DNA of 61,630 nucleotides from a virus. Taxonomy: Duplodnaviria; Caudoviricetes. A model generated the notes under the pieces. It searched no databases and was not told where the DNA came from. It saw only the letters and a program-made list of their open reading frames with translations. Shown here piece by piece: positions 27,455 to 37,140 of this stretch. The position numbers were made by a program, and so were the translations under genes. The first letter of the stretch is position 1. The number at the start of each line of letters is the position of its first letter. The stretch spans positions 1 to 61,630 of the IMG/VR virus record IMGVR_UViG_3300031949_000034; one strand, written 5' to 3'.

Positions 27455-30046
27455 CTAGCCGGAGAGGCTTCCGTTCCCTCCAGGACCCTGGAGGATGCCG
27501 GCAGGAATCTCGCTTTCCGAGGTGCTGTCACCGGCGTTCATGGTGCCCGCCCACAGGGGGTTGTTCGGGATCCACTGATCGTCGGTCGGCACCTGGAACT
27601 CGTTTCCGCTCTGGGCCGAGTAGTACTCGCCCATCCCGCGCATCCCGCGCCGCCCGCCGCGTCGGCCGAGTCCGGCAGCCGCCTGCCGGTACTGACCGAA
27701 GCCCGCGGCGGCCTGGCGGTACTGCCCCATGCCGGCAGCTGCCTGCCGGTAGGGAGCACCGAGCCCAGCCGCGCTCTCCGCGAGGGTCATCACCTGGTCG
27801 ATGTCGGAATCCGGGCGGATGCCGTCGTCGATCGGGAGTTGGCCCATGTGAGAGCGGCTCGGGAGAAGTGCGAGGGTGCCTGCCGGCTCGTAGCTGCCGA
27901 CGCCCTGCACTCCCGGCTCGGCGAAGTACTCGCCGACGCCCGCGTTGCCCGTGAAGTACTCACCCGTGCCACTCACGGGCGCGTACTGGGGCATGATGGA
28001 GCGCGCGTTCCGCTCCATGGCGCCGAAGCCCCGGAACCCCTTCTTCGGCCGAGCGCGGCCGAGGCCACGCAGGCGGTAGGAAGTGCTGTTCTGGTAGCCG
28101 GCCAGCATGGACGCGGCGTCCGGCTGGTTCACGGCGTTGAGGACTCCGATGACCACGGACTGAAGCCAGCTGACGACGATGCCGGCCTGCATGGCCGTCC
28201 GCGTCTCCGCCTTCATCTTCTTCCCGAGGACACTGAGGCCACCGACGCCGAGAAGACCGATCGCCGTGCTGGTGATGGGCTTCTCCCAGCGCGCGAGCGT
28301 CATGTTGGAGGCGAGCGTCGGCCCGATGGCGCGGCCGCCGAGGTTCGTGAGGACGCGGTGGATGATGAAGCCGGTGAGGACGATCGCGCCCGCCTTCAGC
28401 ACCATCTTCAGATCGGACGCGAAGCCGTTCCGACGGTACCGGCGACCGTTCCGGCGCATCTTCCGCCGGCGACGGTTCTTGGCGAGGACCCGCACGCTCT
28501 GGCCATGGCGCAGACGCACGGCCTTCCGTGCCCGGCGACCGCGGCGCGGTGCGCTTTTGCGAGTGCCCTTGCGCCGGCTAGCCTTCGAAGAGCGGCGTGC
28601 CTTCTTCGAAGAGCGGCGTGCCTTCTTGCTCCCGGACTTCTTCCGTCCACGGCGGGAGCTCTTCCTCTTCCCGCTCCGCTTGCTCTTCGTGGTGGTCTTG
28701 CGGCGGCCCTTGGTCGACTTGCGCTTCTTCTTCTTCTTTGCCACGGATGATGCTCCTCGGTTGGAGATGCCCCTGAAGGTCTTGCCTGCGGCGACTTCTG
28801 CCTTCGTGAACGGCACTGCACGCACGGCGCCAAGGGCAGCGACGCGCTTGCTATTGCCTGCGGACCGCAGGCGGTTGAATGCTGCCAAGCGCCGGCCGGA
28901 ACGAAGCCGGGCGGCCGAGCTTCGGGCTCGGTTCGGGACGAACACGCCGCCGCGCTTCTGGATCCGAGCCGCGGCGCTCGCGCGGCGCTTCTGGATCCGA
29001 GCCCGGCGCTTGTCGTACTTGGGGCCCTTGTAGTCGGCCCGGCTGCGTGCGCCGCCGACTGCCCACTCGGGGATCCGCTTCAGTCCTCGCTTCGTCCGGC
29101 GGAGATAGGAGAGGCGCTTGCGGCCCGTCACCGGATCGGTGACGCGCGCCCGCTTGTATGGACCGTACGCGATGCGCTCGACGCGACGCCGAGTGCTCTT
29201 GACGGTGCTCTTCCGGACGCGGGTCTGCTTCGGCCACTTCGCCGCCCGACGCTTTCCCTTCCTGGCTCCCTTCTTCTTGCCACCACGGCGACCGCCCTTG
29301 CCGGCGCGACGCCCGCTCTTCGGAGGCTTGCGAGCCCCGCCGCCTCGAGCTCGCTTCGGTGCTGCTCGGCGCGCCTTCGTCGTCGTCTTCCGGGTCGCCT
29401 TCTTCTTGCCGCCCCGGCGCTTCTTCTTGCTGGCGGCCGCCTTGCGCTTCTTCGGAGTCCGGACCGTCACCGCCGTCGAGCTAGCCGACGCCGGCGCGTC
29501 GTAGCCGCCGCGGACCGTGGCGGCGCCTCCGCCGGAGCGCACCGTGGCCGGCGCCTCGTCCGAGAGGTTTCGGCGATAGCGCTGCTTCACGCCCTTGAAC
29601 TTCGCCCCGCGGCGCCGCTCGTTCTGGGTGAAGGGCACGTTGCGGACGGCCGAGCGGGCCGCGCGGTTCTCGTTCATGCCGCGCGTGCGGGCCGCGCGGT
29701 AGGCAGCGAGTCGCTTGCCTCCCCGGCGGCGCGACGCGTTCGCACGCATGGGGCCTCCCCGGTTCTTGCCCATCTTCTTGACGAATGCAGCCCGACGCGC
29801 ATTTCCGATCATCCCGCTGCTCCTGTTCTGCATGAGCGACCGCGCCCGGTGAGCGCGCTCCGCGTGACTCCGTCCACGTGCAGCGCTGCGGGCGGACGCG
29901 TACGCGCCCCTCCCGTTCACGCTCGATAGCGTCGTGACCCCCATGGGATTCGAGCGCAGGCGCTGGCCCGGCGCTCGAGTCATTTGATATGACCGAACGT
30001 CGGCTTCCCGAATTGGAAACGCTCTACCGTGGTTCTTCCGACTCAT
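27455..30046 (-). CDS. Arg/Lys-rich putative DNA-condensing core protein with hydrophobic segments
   Basis: About 540-aa basic low-complexity N-terminus, hydrophobic helices, three YRQAAAGxG repeats. Confidence 0.75.
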   Translation of the reverse strand: MSRKNHGRAFPIREADVRSYQMTRAPGQRLRSNPMGVTTLSSVNGRGAYASARSAARGRSHAERAHRARSLMQNRSSGMIGNARRAAFVKKMGKNRGGPMRANASRRRGGKRLAAYRAARTRGMNENRAARSAVRNVPFTQNERRRGAKFKGVKQRYRRNLSDEAPATVRSGGGAATVRGGYDAPASASSTAVTVRTPKKRKAAASKKKRRGGKKKATRKTTTKARRAAPKRARGGGARKPPKSGRRAGKGGRRGGKKKGARKGKRRAAKWPKQTRVRKSTVKSTRRRVERIAYGPYKRARVTDPVTGRKRLSYLRRTKRGLKRIPEWAVGGARSRADYKGPKYDKRRARIQKRRASAAARIQKRGGVFVPNRARSSAARLRSGRRLAAFNRLRSAGNSKRVAALGAVRAVPFTKAEVAAGKTFRGISNRGASSVAKKKKKRKSTKGRRKTTTKSKRSGKRKSSRRGRKKSGSKKARRSSKKARRSSKASRRKGTRKSAPRRGRRARKAVRLRHGQSVRVLAKNRRRRKMRRNGRRYRRNGFASDLKMVLKAGAIVLTGFIIHRVLTNLGGRAIGPTLASNMTLARWEKPITSTAIGLLGVGGLSVLGKKMKAETRTAMQAGIVVSWLQSVVIGVLNAVNQPDAASMLAGYQNSTSYRLRGLGRARPKKGFRGFGAMERNARSIMPQYAPVSGTGEYFTGNAGVGEYFAEPGVQGVGSYEPAGTLALLPSRSHMGQLPIDDGIRPDSDIDQVMTLAESAAGLGAPYRQAAAGMGQYRQAAAGFGQYRQAAAGLGRRGGRRGMRGMGEYYSAQSGNEFQVPTDDQWIPNNPLWAGTMNAGDSTSESEIPAGILQGPGGNGSLSG

Positions 30047-30122
30047 CTCGACGCATCTCCGCTTTCAAGCAGAGCGCGCGGTGAAGTCGGAAAGCCACCC
30101 GCAGCGTTGCCGTAACGAGCTC

Positions 30123-30151
30123 AGGCTAGCCTGAGCCCCGGCTCAGGTCAA
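30123..30151 (-). promoter_or_regulatory. promoter TTGACC-N17-TAGCCT for core/capsid genes
   Basis: -10 lies inside the palindrome GCTCAGGCTAGCCTGAGC. Confidence 0.6.
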
Positions 30152-30155
30152 ACAC

Positions 30156-30277
30156 TAAAAAGGGAGCCCCAGGAGGGTGCTTTTCCCGGGGAGGCTGGCG
30201 AGGAAATGGCCGAACGCACAACGCCATGAAGGAGGGACCACACCGAACAAAGCAGCGTGCCCTCACGGGGGCTCCCG
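30156..30277 (-). ncRNA. possible ~120-nt small RNA (closing stem plus U tail)
   Basis: GGGAGCCCC...GGGGCTCCC-TTTTT; TAGGCT just upstream. Confidence 0.4.
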
Positions 30278-30309
30278 CTCGAGAGCCTAACCCACGAGAG
30301 CCGCCGCGG

Positions 30310-32196
30310 CTACTTCGACAGCCCGCGGAAGAGCAGATAGCCGCCGCCGACTACGGCGGCGCCAACTGCCGCTTTCTTCATCACTTGCCGCAGTTTACGA
30401 GCCTGTATTCGTGCCTCTGCCCGCGCCTTTGCGGCCCCGACGAGCCCCTCCACGCTCCGCTCGACGCCGAGGACCTCGATGCGGCAGTCGGCGCCCACGG
30501 TAGGCGGAGGCAGGACCCCTTCGTAGGGGCCCCCGCGTCGATAGCCGCGCTGCCGCTGGCAGGCGCGATAGAGCTCGCGCTCGGCGTCGGTCATGTCGTC
30601 CGAGTACGGATCGGGCACGGCATGGAGCTGGACCATCGGATTTAGCCGCGCGCCCGCAGCAATGCAGAGGTAGCGCGCGGCGATCGTCTGGCCGCTCGGG
30701 TCGTAGCACTCGCGGAATCGCGCGTGCTGATTGCTGGCGAGCGATGCCTCGAGCAGGTCGAGCGCTGCGGTGGCGCCCGCAGCCCAGCTCGCCGTCGCAA
30801 TGATGTCTCGGCTCACGAGCCCCGAGAACTTCTCGAGTTGCATCATGTTGTCCTGGAGGCGCTTGATCGAGTCGCCGATCGCGCAGTCGCTCGTCGGATG
30901 CGCGCCGCCGCTGCCTTCCACCCAGACCTCGCCGACGTAGGACGCGGTCTCGAGGTTTTGCCGATCCGTCTTCTCCCAGCTGTAGGTCGTCGCCGGAAAC
31001 GTCTTCAGCCGCTCGGTCCACCAGTAGAACAGTAGAGCGCGCGGATCGATCGTACCCGTGCCCGCTCGGAGTGTGCCGCCAGGACCTATGTCCACCGTCT
31101 CGAGCATGTTCTTCACGGGGTTGTCCAGCAGATCGTAGCGGTGCCGGATCTGCATCGTGAGCGCCCCGGTCCAGTCGCATCCCTCTGCCTGCCCTGATCG
31201 GCAAAGGTAGAGGCAACCGTTCGGATTGTACGTGCCATCCGTCAGGAGGCAGAAGTGGCTGTAGTACATGGCATTGGGATCGTAGGTGACCCCGAAGTGC
31301 CGCACTCCGCCCGATGCCCGGATGAGCCATCCCATCTCCGCCGAGTCGAGCATCGCGCTGAGGTTGCCGATCACCGTGTCCCAGTACTCGTTGTACGAGG
31401 CCCAGGCGTCGAGCCCCGCGGACATGCACTCAGCCATGCGGGCCTGACGCGCTCGCTCCGCCTTCCGCCACGCTGCGCGCTGTTTCTCGCTCTCGCTCGG
31501 GCCGAAGATGTTCTTGAACATCCCGACGAAGCCGTCGGTGATGAGGCTTGCCGCGAGAGCCCCGAGGGGGGCCGGGATCCCGAAGGCCTGCGCGATCGCG
31601 GCTCCGGCGACGCACGCCGCGGCAACGGCGAGGTTCTCGGCATCCTCTGCGGTGAGCTTGCCGTCCCCGAAGACGGAGTCGACGACGTCGACCAGTCCTG
31701 GAGACACGCCGACGTACGTGCACGCGATGCGGGCCGCGGCCAGCGCGACTCCCTTCGTGGAGAGCGGGATGCCGTAGGACTCGGCGAAGGTCTTCCCGAG
31801 CTCAAGCGACCACGCCGCTCCCTCGTCGAGGGTCGTGGGCATGTTCTTGATCAAGTCGTATCCGGCGACCATTTCCGCCGGCACCCCGATCTTGGTGGCG
31901 TTCGACGTCACGAACGCCTCCATCATGCCGGCCATCTCGTCCGTGTCTCGCGGCAGCCCGTGCTTCGAGAACCATTCGTCTGCCCAGGCCGTCACTTCGT
32001 TGCCGACCATCGGCGTGCCCTGGGGGAGATCGAGGACGAAGTCCTTGGCGACCGCGCGCCGGACATCGGCCGTCGCGGCCGCCATCTGCGGCGTGTAGTA
32101 GAGCTCGGCCGTCGCCGAGAGTTGCGCCATCACCTCGGGCCCCGTCACGGGGACAGGCGGGCTAGCCCCGAGTCCGGAAGCACCGACGTAGCTCAT
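30310..32196 (-). CDS. large putative virion membrane protein (628 aa)
   Basis: N-terminal SGLG, central hydrophobic hairpin, C-terminal TM. Confidence 0.75.
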   Translation of the reverse strand: MSYVGASGLGASPPVPVTGPEVMAQLSATAELYYTPQMAAATADVRRAVAKDFVLDLPQGTPMVGNEVTAWADEWFSKHGLPRDTDEMAGMMEAFVTSNATKIGVPAEMVAGYDLIKNMPTTLDEGAAWSLELGKTFAESYGIPLSTKGVALAAARIACTYVGVSPGLVDVVDSVFGDGKLTAEDAENLAVAAACVAGAAIAQAFGIPAPLGALAASLITDGFVGMFKNIFGPSESEKQRAAWRKAERARQARMAECMSAGLDAWASYNEYWDTVIGNLSAMLDSAEMGWLIRASGGVRHFGVTYDPNAMYYSHFCLLTDGTYNPNGCLYLCRSGQAEGCDWTGALTMQIRHRYDLLDNPVKNMLETVDIGPGGTLRAGTGTIDPRALLFYWWTERLKTFPATTYSWEKTDRQNLETASYVGEVWVEGSGGAHPTSDCAIGDSIKRLQDNMMQLEKFSGLVSRDIIATASWAAGATAALDLLEASLASNQHARFRECYDPSGQTIAARYLCIAAGARLNPMVQLHAVPDPYSDDMTDAERELYRACQRQRGYRRGGPYEGVLPPPTVGADCRIEVLGVERSVEGLVGAAKARAEARIQARKLRQVMKKAAVGAAVVGGGYLLFRGLSK

Positions 32197-32753
32197 CCAA
32201 CAATCCCGTCCTTGGAGATGTCGAGCTCGCCGCCAGCGAGCACCATGTAGATCTCGCTACTGTCGTGGATGAACAGGAGCGTTTCCCCTGTCTTCGGATG
32301 CTTCGCCGCGCCGAGCGAGCACCGGGGCGCCCGAATCTCGTAGAAGTTGCGACCGTTGGGAAGGAAGTGCTCGCCATCCCGCTCCTCGTAGAGCTGCACC
32401 TGGATGCCGATGACTGGACCGAGACGCGCGAAGTGCCGTGGCATCGGCTCCTCGAAGGCCACCATCGGGCCGACAGCAGGCACGATCGCGCGGGGGCTGC
32501 CCCAGCTCCGGATCCAGCCCGGCCTCTGGTAGACCAGGCGACTGCTCTCGACGACGTGCTTGTAGTCCTCGTAGTCCGTGGCGTTCTTCTGCCACTTGTT
32601 CGAGGAGTACATCTCGGCCCGACCCTTGCCGATCTCTTGCATCTCCCGCGGCCACTGAAAGCGCATCGGGACGGTCCGACTGCTGTCCTTGTCGTGGAAC
32701 GCCCGAAACGTCTTTCGCGCCTCTGCGCTCGTGTCGACGACGCGGACGGTCAC
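32193..32753 (-). CDS. hypothetical protein in the structural operon
   Basis: Coupled overlaps with both neighbours. Confidence 0.7.
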   Translation of the reverse strand: MTVRVVDTSAEARKTFRAFHDKDSSRTVPMRFQWPREMQEIGKGRAEMYSSNKWQKNATDYEDYKHVVESSRLVYQRPGWIRSWGSPRAIVPAVGPMVAFEEPMPRHFARLGPVIGIQVQLYEERDGEHFLPNGRNFYEIRAPRCSLGAAKHPKTGETLLFIHDSSEIYMVLAGGELDISKDGIVG

Positions 32754-33094
32754 CGTGCCCTCGCCGCGACCACTACGACCCCAGCGATGAGAAGGACGCC
32801 CACCAGGACGATGGCGTCCGCACCGCCCCGCGGCGCAGGCTCTAGCGCGCCGATATGGGAGCGGCTGACGAGGCGGCGGGAATCGACAGGAGCCACCAGC
32901 CCGATCGCATCGTCGCCATTGCCCACCCAGCTAGCGCCCGCCGGGATCGGGCGACCGGCCTCGATTGACGGCACGCCGAGGCGGCCAGCCTCCCGCAGAT
33001 CGGGGGTCGGCAGATCGTCGTTGATGTTCACGACCTCATCGACGTCGAAGTAGTCGTAGCCGTCGCCTTCGGGACGCCAGCGCGAGTAGATCAC
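32750..33094 (-). CDS. tail-anchored protein
   Basis: GTG start overlaps the upstream stop; C-terminal TM. Confidence 0.65.
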   Translation of the reverse strand: MIYSRWRPEGDGYDYFDVDEVVNINDDLPTPDLREAGRLGVPSIEAGRPIPAGASWVGNGDDAIGLVAPVDSRRLVSRSHIGALEPAPRGGADAIVLVGVLLIAGVVVVAARAR

Positions 33095-33981
33095 GCGGCC
33101 TCCTTTCGGGACCTCACGAGCCCCACGGCCCCCTTTATGACGCTCGGCGCAGCCAGAAGCGCCACATAGGCGAGAAGCCCGATGCCGAGCCACTTCACGA
33201 CGTCCTGGGCGGGCTTGAATAGCTGCGAGAGGGAGTCGTTCTGCATCTCCTGCAGGGACTCGATGCAAGCGCCGGCGTTCGCGGGGTCCGCTGCGATCAA
33301 CTGATCGCACCAGGCGACCACCTTGTCCTGGAGCTTTGCCGCCCGCGTCGTCGACCAGATCAGGTAGGCCACGCCGAGGATCAGCACGACGCCGGCGACG
33401 ACGAGCATCCACACTGGTATTGCGAGCGGAGCCACGCCGAGGCCAGCCGTCGGCTCCTGCCTCCGGATCTCGTCGAACGCCCCGTCACCGTCGAGCCTCA
33501 CGAAGGTCTGCATGACCTTCGTCACGTCGTCGGCGTGCGCTTGCACCTCCGTCGTAGTGAATCTCCCCTCCGTGAGGCCCTGGTACATCACGCCGTCGAG
33601 ATGGAGATACGCACCGTTTACGGCGTAGCCGGCGACGGTGGCGAGAGCATCCTTCATCGCCTCCCTGCTGATCTGCAGGGCCTCGTTCGGGGAGAGTTCC
33701 CAGATGTTGTCGCTCATCGCGTTGAGAGCGTCCCCCGCCACGCCCTGGAGGGCGGACGAGAGATCAGCGAGTGACGTCCGCCCCTCCTGAGCACGCACCG
33801 TGCGATAGCGCGCCTCCACGTCGATGCGGCCGATGACGTCGAAAAACGCACTCATCTCCTGGATCATGACGTCGAGGTACTGGCTCCCCATGACGCCCTC
33901 TGGGAGCGACGCCCAGGGCAAGCCCCGGGGGGCGGCCTGGGCCTCCCACGCGAGGGCGAGCTCGACGACGGCGGGGTTCAT
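33091..33981 (-). CDS. two-TM putative virion protein
   Basis: AGLGV followed by two hydrophobic helices. Confidence 0.7.
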   Translation of the reverse strand: MNPAVVELALAWEAQAAPRGLPWASLPEGVMGSQYLDVMIQEMSAFFDVIGRIDVEARYRTVRAQEGRTSLADLSSALQGVAGDALNAMSDNIWELSPNEALQISREAMKDALATVAGYAVNGAYLHLDGVMYQGLTEGRFTTTEVQAHADDVTKVMQTFVRLDGDGAFDEIRRQEPTAGLGVAPLAIPVWMLVVAGVVLILGVAYLIWSTTRAAKLQDKVVAWCDQLIAADPANAGACIESLQEMQNDSLSQLFKPAQDVVKWLGIGLLAYVALLAAPSVIKGAVGLVRSRKEAA

Positions 33982-34346
33982 GCGGCCTTCCTCTTCTTGT
34001 CCCCGCGGTACGCGAGGTACGCGAAGCCCCCGAAGAGGACCGCAGCGGCGCCCCACGCCCAGCGCGGCACCTGATCGATGGCCGTGCCGACGTCCCGCAT
34101 GAACGTTCCCGGCTTCTCACCCGTCCCGGCGAGGTACTCGCGCATGCCGCCCGGGAACGCCTCGAGCGGCTCGTAGTAGCCGAGGTTTGCGAGCGTGGCA
34201 GGATCGGCGTGGCCTGACGACGACATGGGATAGGCGCCGCGGCCACTCTGCTGGTAGGCGAGCAAGGCCCCGTAGGTGGTCGCGTCCCACTCGCCGGTCA
34301 CCCGGACGCCGAGGTTTCGCTGGAGGGTGTCGACCGGTCCCGGCAT
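33978..34346 (-). CDS. peptidoglycan-binding-like domain membrane protein
   Basis: LQRNLG...TGEWDATTYGALLAYQ. Confidence 0.7.
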   Translation of the reverse strand: MPGPVDTLQRNLGVRVTGEWDATTYGALLAYQQSGRGAYPMSSSGHADPATLANLGYYEPLEAFPGGMREYLAGTGEKPGTFMRDVGTAIDQVPRWAWGAAAVLFGGFAYLAYRGDKKRKAA

Positions 34347-34900
34347 CAGCGCTTCTTGTTCTTGAGGATGACCGCCGTCCCGATCGCGAGGAGCCCGACG
34401 CCGGCGCCGACGAGGAGCCAGTTCGGTCCGCCGCTCATGCCCGCGCGGGACACGACGGGCGCCGATGACGGCGGCAGGCTCGGGACCGTGGGCGTTGTGG
34501 TGCGAGCGCCGCCGCCGCTGCCGCGGAGTGTCGGCGCCGTGAAGCTCTGGCAGGTGCCTGGCGGCATTGCCCAGGACTCGCCCGTGGCTTGGTAGATCTC
34601 GCGGAGCGCCCCGCACGTCCCTGGGCCGAGCTTGCCGTCCTCCTCAATGAGGTTGTACCCGGCGTCTCCGAGGACCTCGTTCACCTCCTCCTGCAGGGCC
34701 ATCGTGTCGGGGCTCTCCTCGCGCCACGGAAACGCGGGGTCCGACTGTCCAACTGCGCGCGTCTTGAGCGCGTTGCCGGAGAGGATGCCGTTCGAGGTCC
34801 CGAGGCCGAGGCCTGCGACGGCGGGAAGGGCCTGATCCCACTTCGCGTTCAGGTCGGACAGATCCACGTAGTGGTGATTGCCGAATTCCACGGTCTGCAT
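34346..34900 (-). CDS. peptidoglycan-binding-like domain membrane protein
   Basis: LQEEVNEVLGDAGY...DGKLGPGTCGAL; TM. Confidence 0.72.
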   Translation of the reverse strand: MQTVEFGNHHYVDLSDLNAKWDQALPAVAGLGLGTSNGILSGNALKTRAVGQSDPAFPWREESPDTMALQEEVNEVLGDAGYNLIEEDGKLGPGTCGALREIYQATGESWAMPPGTCQSFTAPTLRGSGGGARTTTPTVPSLPPSSAPVVSRAGMSGGPNWLLVGAGVGLLAIGTAVILKNKKR

Positions 34901-34902
34901 GA

Positions 34903-36114
34903 TTACCTCGCCTTGCTTGCCGCGTAGAGACCACCGACCAGACCGGCGGCCAGAAGACCGCCGATGGCCCACATGGCTGCCTTGCTCATCTTCTTGCCGC
35001 CGATCTTCCTCGGCCGCGGCGCGCCCGGGCAGTCGAGCGGAAGCACGAAGCCCGCAGGGCACTCGGCGACCTCGGGCACCCAGTCCATGAAGTCCGGCTC
35101 GCCCTTGAGCGCAAAGAAACCGCCGCAGGTAGCGAGATCCCATACGCCCGTCTCGGGGACAGGCTCGTAGCCAGCCTCGCCGAGGACCGCGTTCAGGTTG
35201 CGCTGGATCTGGGTGATGACCGGACCGCTGTCGCCCACCTCCACGTAGCAGGCGTCCCAGTCGTCCGCCGCCCCGGGTTCGGGGACTGGCGCGGGAGGGG
35301 CAGGGCGTGGGGGCGCGGGAGCAGGACCGGGAGCAGGCGCGCCGCCGGTCCGCACGGGCGCTGACCATGGCTGCGCTCCAGCGCAGACGGTCTCGAGGAT
35401 GCTCCCGAACCGCATCCCTCCGAACGTCTCGTTGATGGCGCCCGCGAGCGCGCTGCCCGAGCCCGGCCGCGCGCCCGCAGCTATCTGGCTCGCCACGAAC
35501 TGCACCGCTCCGCAGAGCGCGGGAGTCACCTGGCCGTCGTAGCCGACGCCGCCGTACCCCATCTCGTCGAGGACGTCGTTCAGGATGTACTGGAAGCCCT
35601 GGACGGCGCTCATCCACTCCTCCGGAGCGATGCCGGCCGGAAGCGCCGCGCCGCCCGGCCGGGGAGCGGTAACCGGAGCCGGACCGGCTCCTCCACTGCC
35701 CGTGGCAACCCAGGAGGGTGGCAGGACGAGCATGTTGCCCGGGTAGATCCGGAGCCCGTACGTCGCGTCTCGGCGCGATGGGTTCGCCGCGACAAGCTCG
35801 TTCCACCGATTGCCGTCGCCCGTGATCCTACGGGAAATGGTCGTGCCCGTGTCCCCCGACTCGACGCGATACTCGGGGCTCGGGTAGCCGTTCGGGTACT
35901 CGGAAGGAGGAGGAAAGACGCCCAGGCCCGGGATCGATCCGAAGCCCATGTTCGATCCGTCGAAGAGGCCGCCGCCGTATCCGCCCGGGCCGAAGGCGCC
36001 GCCGCGCGTGTTCACGTCGGGCCGCGTGATCGCAGCGAAGTCGAGGGCCACCTCGTGATCGTAGAAGGCGTCGCCGGCGCGGTGGGGAGTCGGGGAACCG
36101 TTGGTGAAATACAT
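34903..36114 (-). CDS. LysM plus two PG-binding-like domains, membrane anchored
   Basis: YRVESGDT...AANP...IYPGNMLVLP. Confidence 0.82.
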   Translation of the reverse strand: MYFTNGSPTPHRAGDAFYDHEVALDFAAITRPDVNTRGGAFGPGGYGGGLFDGSNMGFGSIPGLGVFPPPSEYPNGYPSPEYRVESGDTGTTISRRITGDGNRWNELVAANPSRRDATYGLRIYPGNMLVLPPSWVATGSGGAGPAPVTAPRPGGAALPAGIAPEEWMSAVQGFQYILNDVLDEMGYGGVGYDGQVTPALCGAVQFVASQIAAGARPGSGSALAGAINETFGGMRFGSILETVCAGAQPWSAPVRTGGAPAPGPAPAPPRPAPPAPVPEPGAADDWDACYVEVGDSGPVITQIQRNLNAVLGEAGYEPVPETGVWDLATCGGFFALKGEPDFMDWVPEVAECPAGFVLPLDCPGAPRPRKIGGKKMSKAAMWAIGGLLAAGLVGGLYAASKAR

Positions 36115-36569
36115 CAGCCGCTCTTTCTGCCGAAGAGAAACCCGACGATGAAGACGGCGCTGATTCCGATGAGCCATCGCCGGCTGTCCTGACCCGATTT
36201 CACGCGCTCGCGGCACGCTAGGTTCTGGGCGTAGGCCGCGAACTCCTCCCCGCTCGTCACGCTCACCGGAGTCGGGTAGCGCGAGTCGCACTCGATGAAT
36301 GTCCTCGGATCGAGCACGTCCGAGATCACGGCGGACTCAGGCACGGGCGTGGTCGCGGTCAGCACGGGCGACGCCTCGTCGGCGCCGAGGCCCTCGAGCC
36401 CGACGTCCACCGCGAAGTCGTACGGGCGATTGACCCACGGCAGCTGCGCCATCGGGCGATCGTAGAGCGGGCCGTGGTAGCGGGTCGGGTACGCATGGAC
36501 GCGCATCCCGTAGGGGTTCGGGACACCGTCCGGGTACGGCCCGTCGTACACGTTTCGGATCGACGTCAT
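36114..36569 (-). CDS. tail-anchored protein
   Basis: LEGLG motif; C-terminal TM. Confidence 0.7.
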   Translation of the reverse strand: MTSIRNVYDGPYPDGVPNPYGMRVHAYPTRYHGPLYDRPMAQLPWVNRPYDFAVDVGLEGLGADEASPVLTATTPVPESAVISDVLDPRTFIECDSRYPTPVSVTSGEEFAAYAQNLACRERVKSGQDSRRWLIGISAVFIVGFLFGRKSG

Positions 36570-36940
36570 CGGCCCTTCCTCTTGCCGAATCCCTGGGCGA
36601 GAGCGACGGGGATCGTGACGATCGGCGCGAGCGCTCCGAAGAAGCCCCACAGGAGCGCCCACCCGATCTTCTCGGTGCGCTTGTAGCCGTGGTAGACGCC
36701 GACGCCGCCGCCGATGAAGCTCGCCCAGTCCCAGAAGGCGCTCCGCGTGCCGCCGAGGACTCCAGCGTGGGACGCGTCGCTCATGTCTGGTGGAGGCAAC
36801 GGCTCGAGGATGGGCGCGTTCGGGTCGCCCTCGATCATCGTCTCGGTGATCGTGACCGGCGCCGCGGTCGTCTCGTCGGCGCCCATCGGCACGACGCCGA
36901 GCCCGCTCATCTCGCCTGTGAAAATGCCTCCGCGCTTCAT
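36566..36940 (-). CDS. small membrane protein
   Basis: MSGLG; YHGYKR...GWALLWG. Confidence 0.72.
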   Translation of the reverse strand: MKRGGIFTGEMSGLGVVPMGADETTAAPVTITETMIEGDPNAPILEPLPPPDMSDASHAGVLGGTRSAFWDWASFIGGGVGVYHGYKRTEKIGWALLWGFFGALAPIVTIPVALAQGFGKRKGR

Positions 36941-37140
36941 GTAACGCCTCCGGGTTCGATCATTCGGGAAGTGGCCCACAGAGCGAGACCGACGAGGCCG
37001 AGGACCATGAGCGCCGAGGTCCATCGTGGGCGCGATTCCCAATATTTGTCGTCGGCACCGATCCCGCCGTAGCCCCGCACCAGAAGCTCGGGGTTCAGAC
37101 CCATGACGCGAGGGTCGGGGCTGGCGGCGCAGGGACACAT
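36937..37140 (-). CDS. small membrane protein
   Basis: GGIG motif; TM. Confidence 0.6.
   Translation of the reverse strand: MCPCAASPDPRVMGLNPELLVRGYGGIGADDKYWESRPRWTSALMVLGLVGLALWATSRMIEPGGVT

Noticed and set aside
26206-28750. Long + strand ORFs opposite structural genes (also 44097-45905, 48210-49727, 50943-52544, 53145-54521)
   Set aside because: Shadow ORFs typical of high-GC DNA, antisense to better-supported genes.
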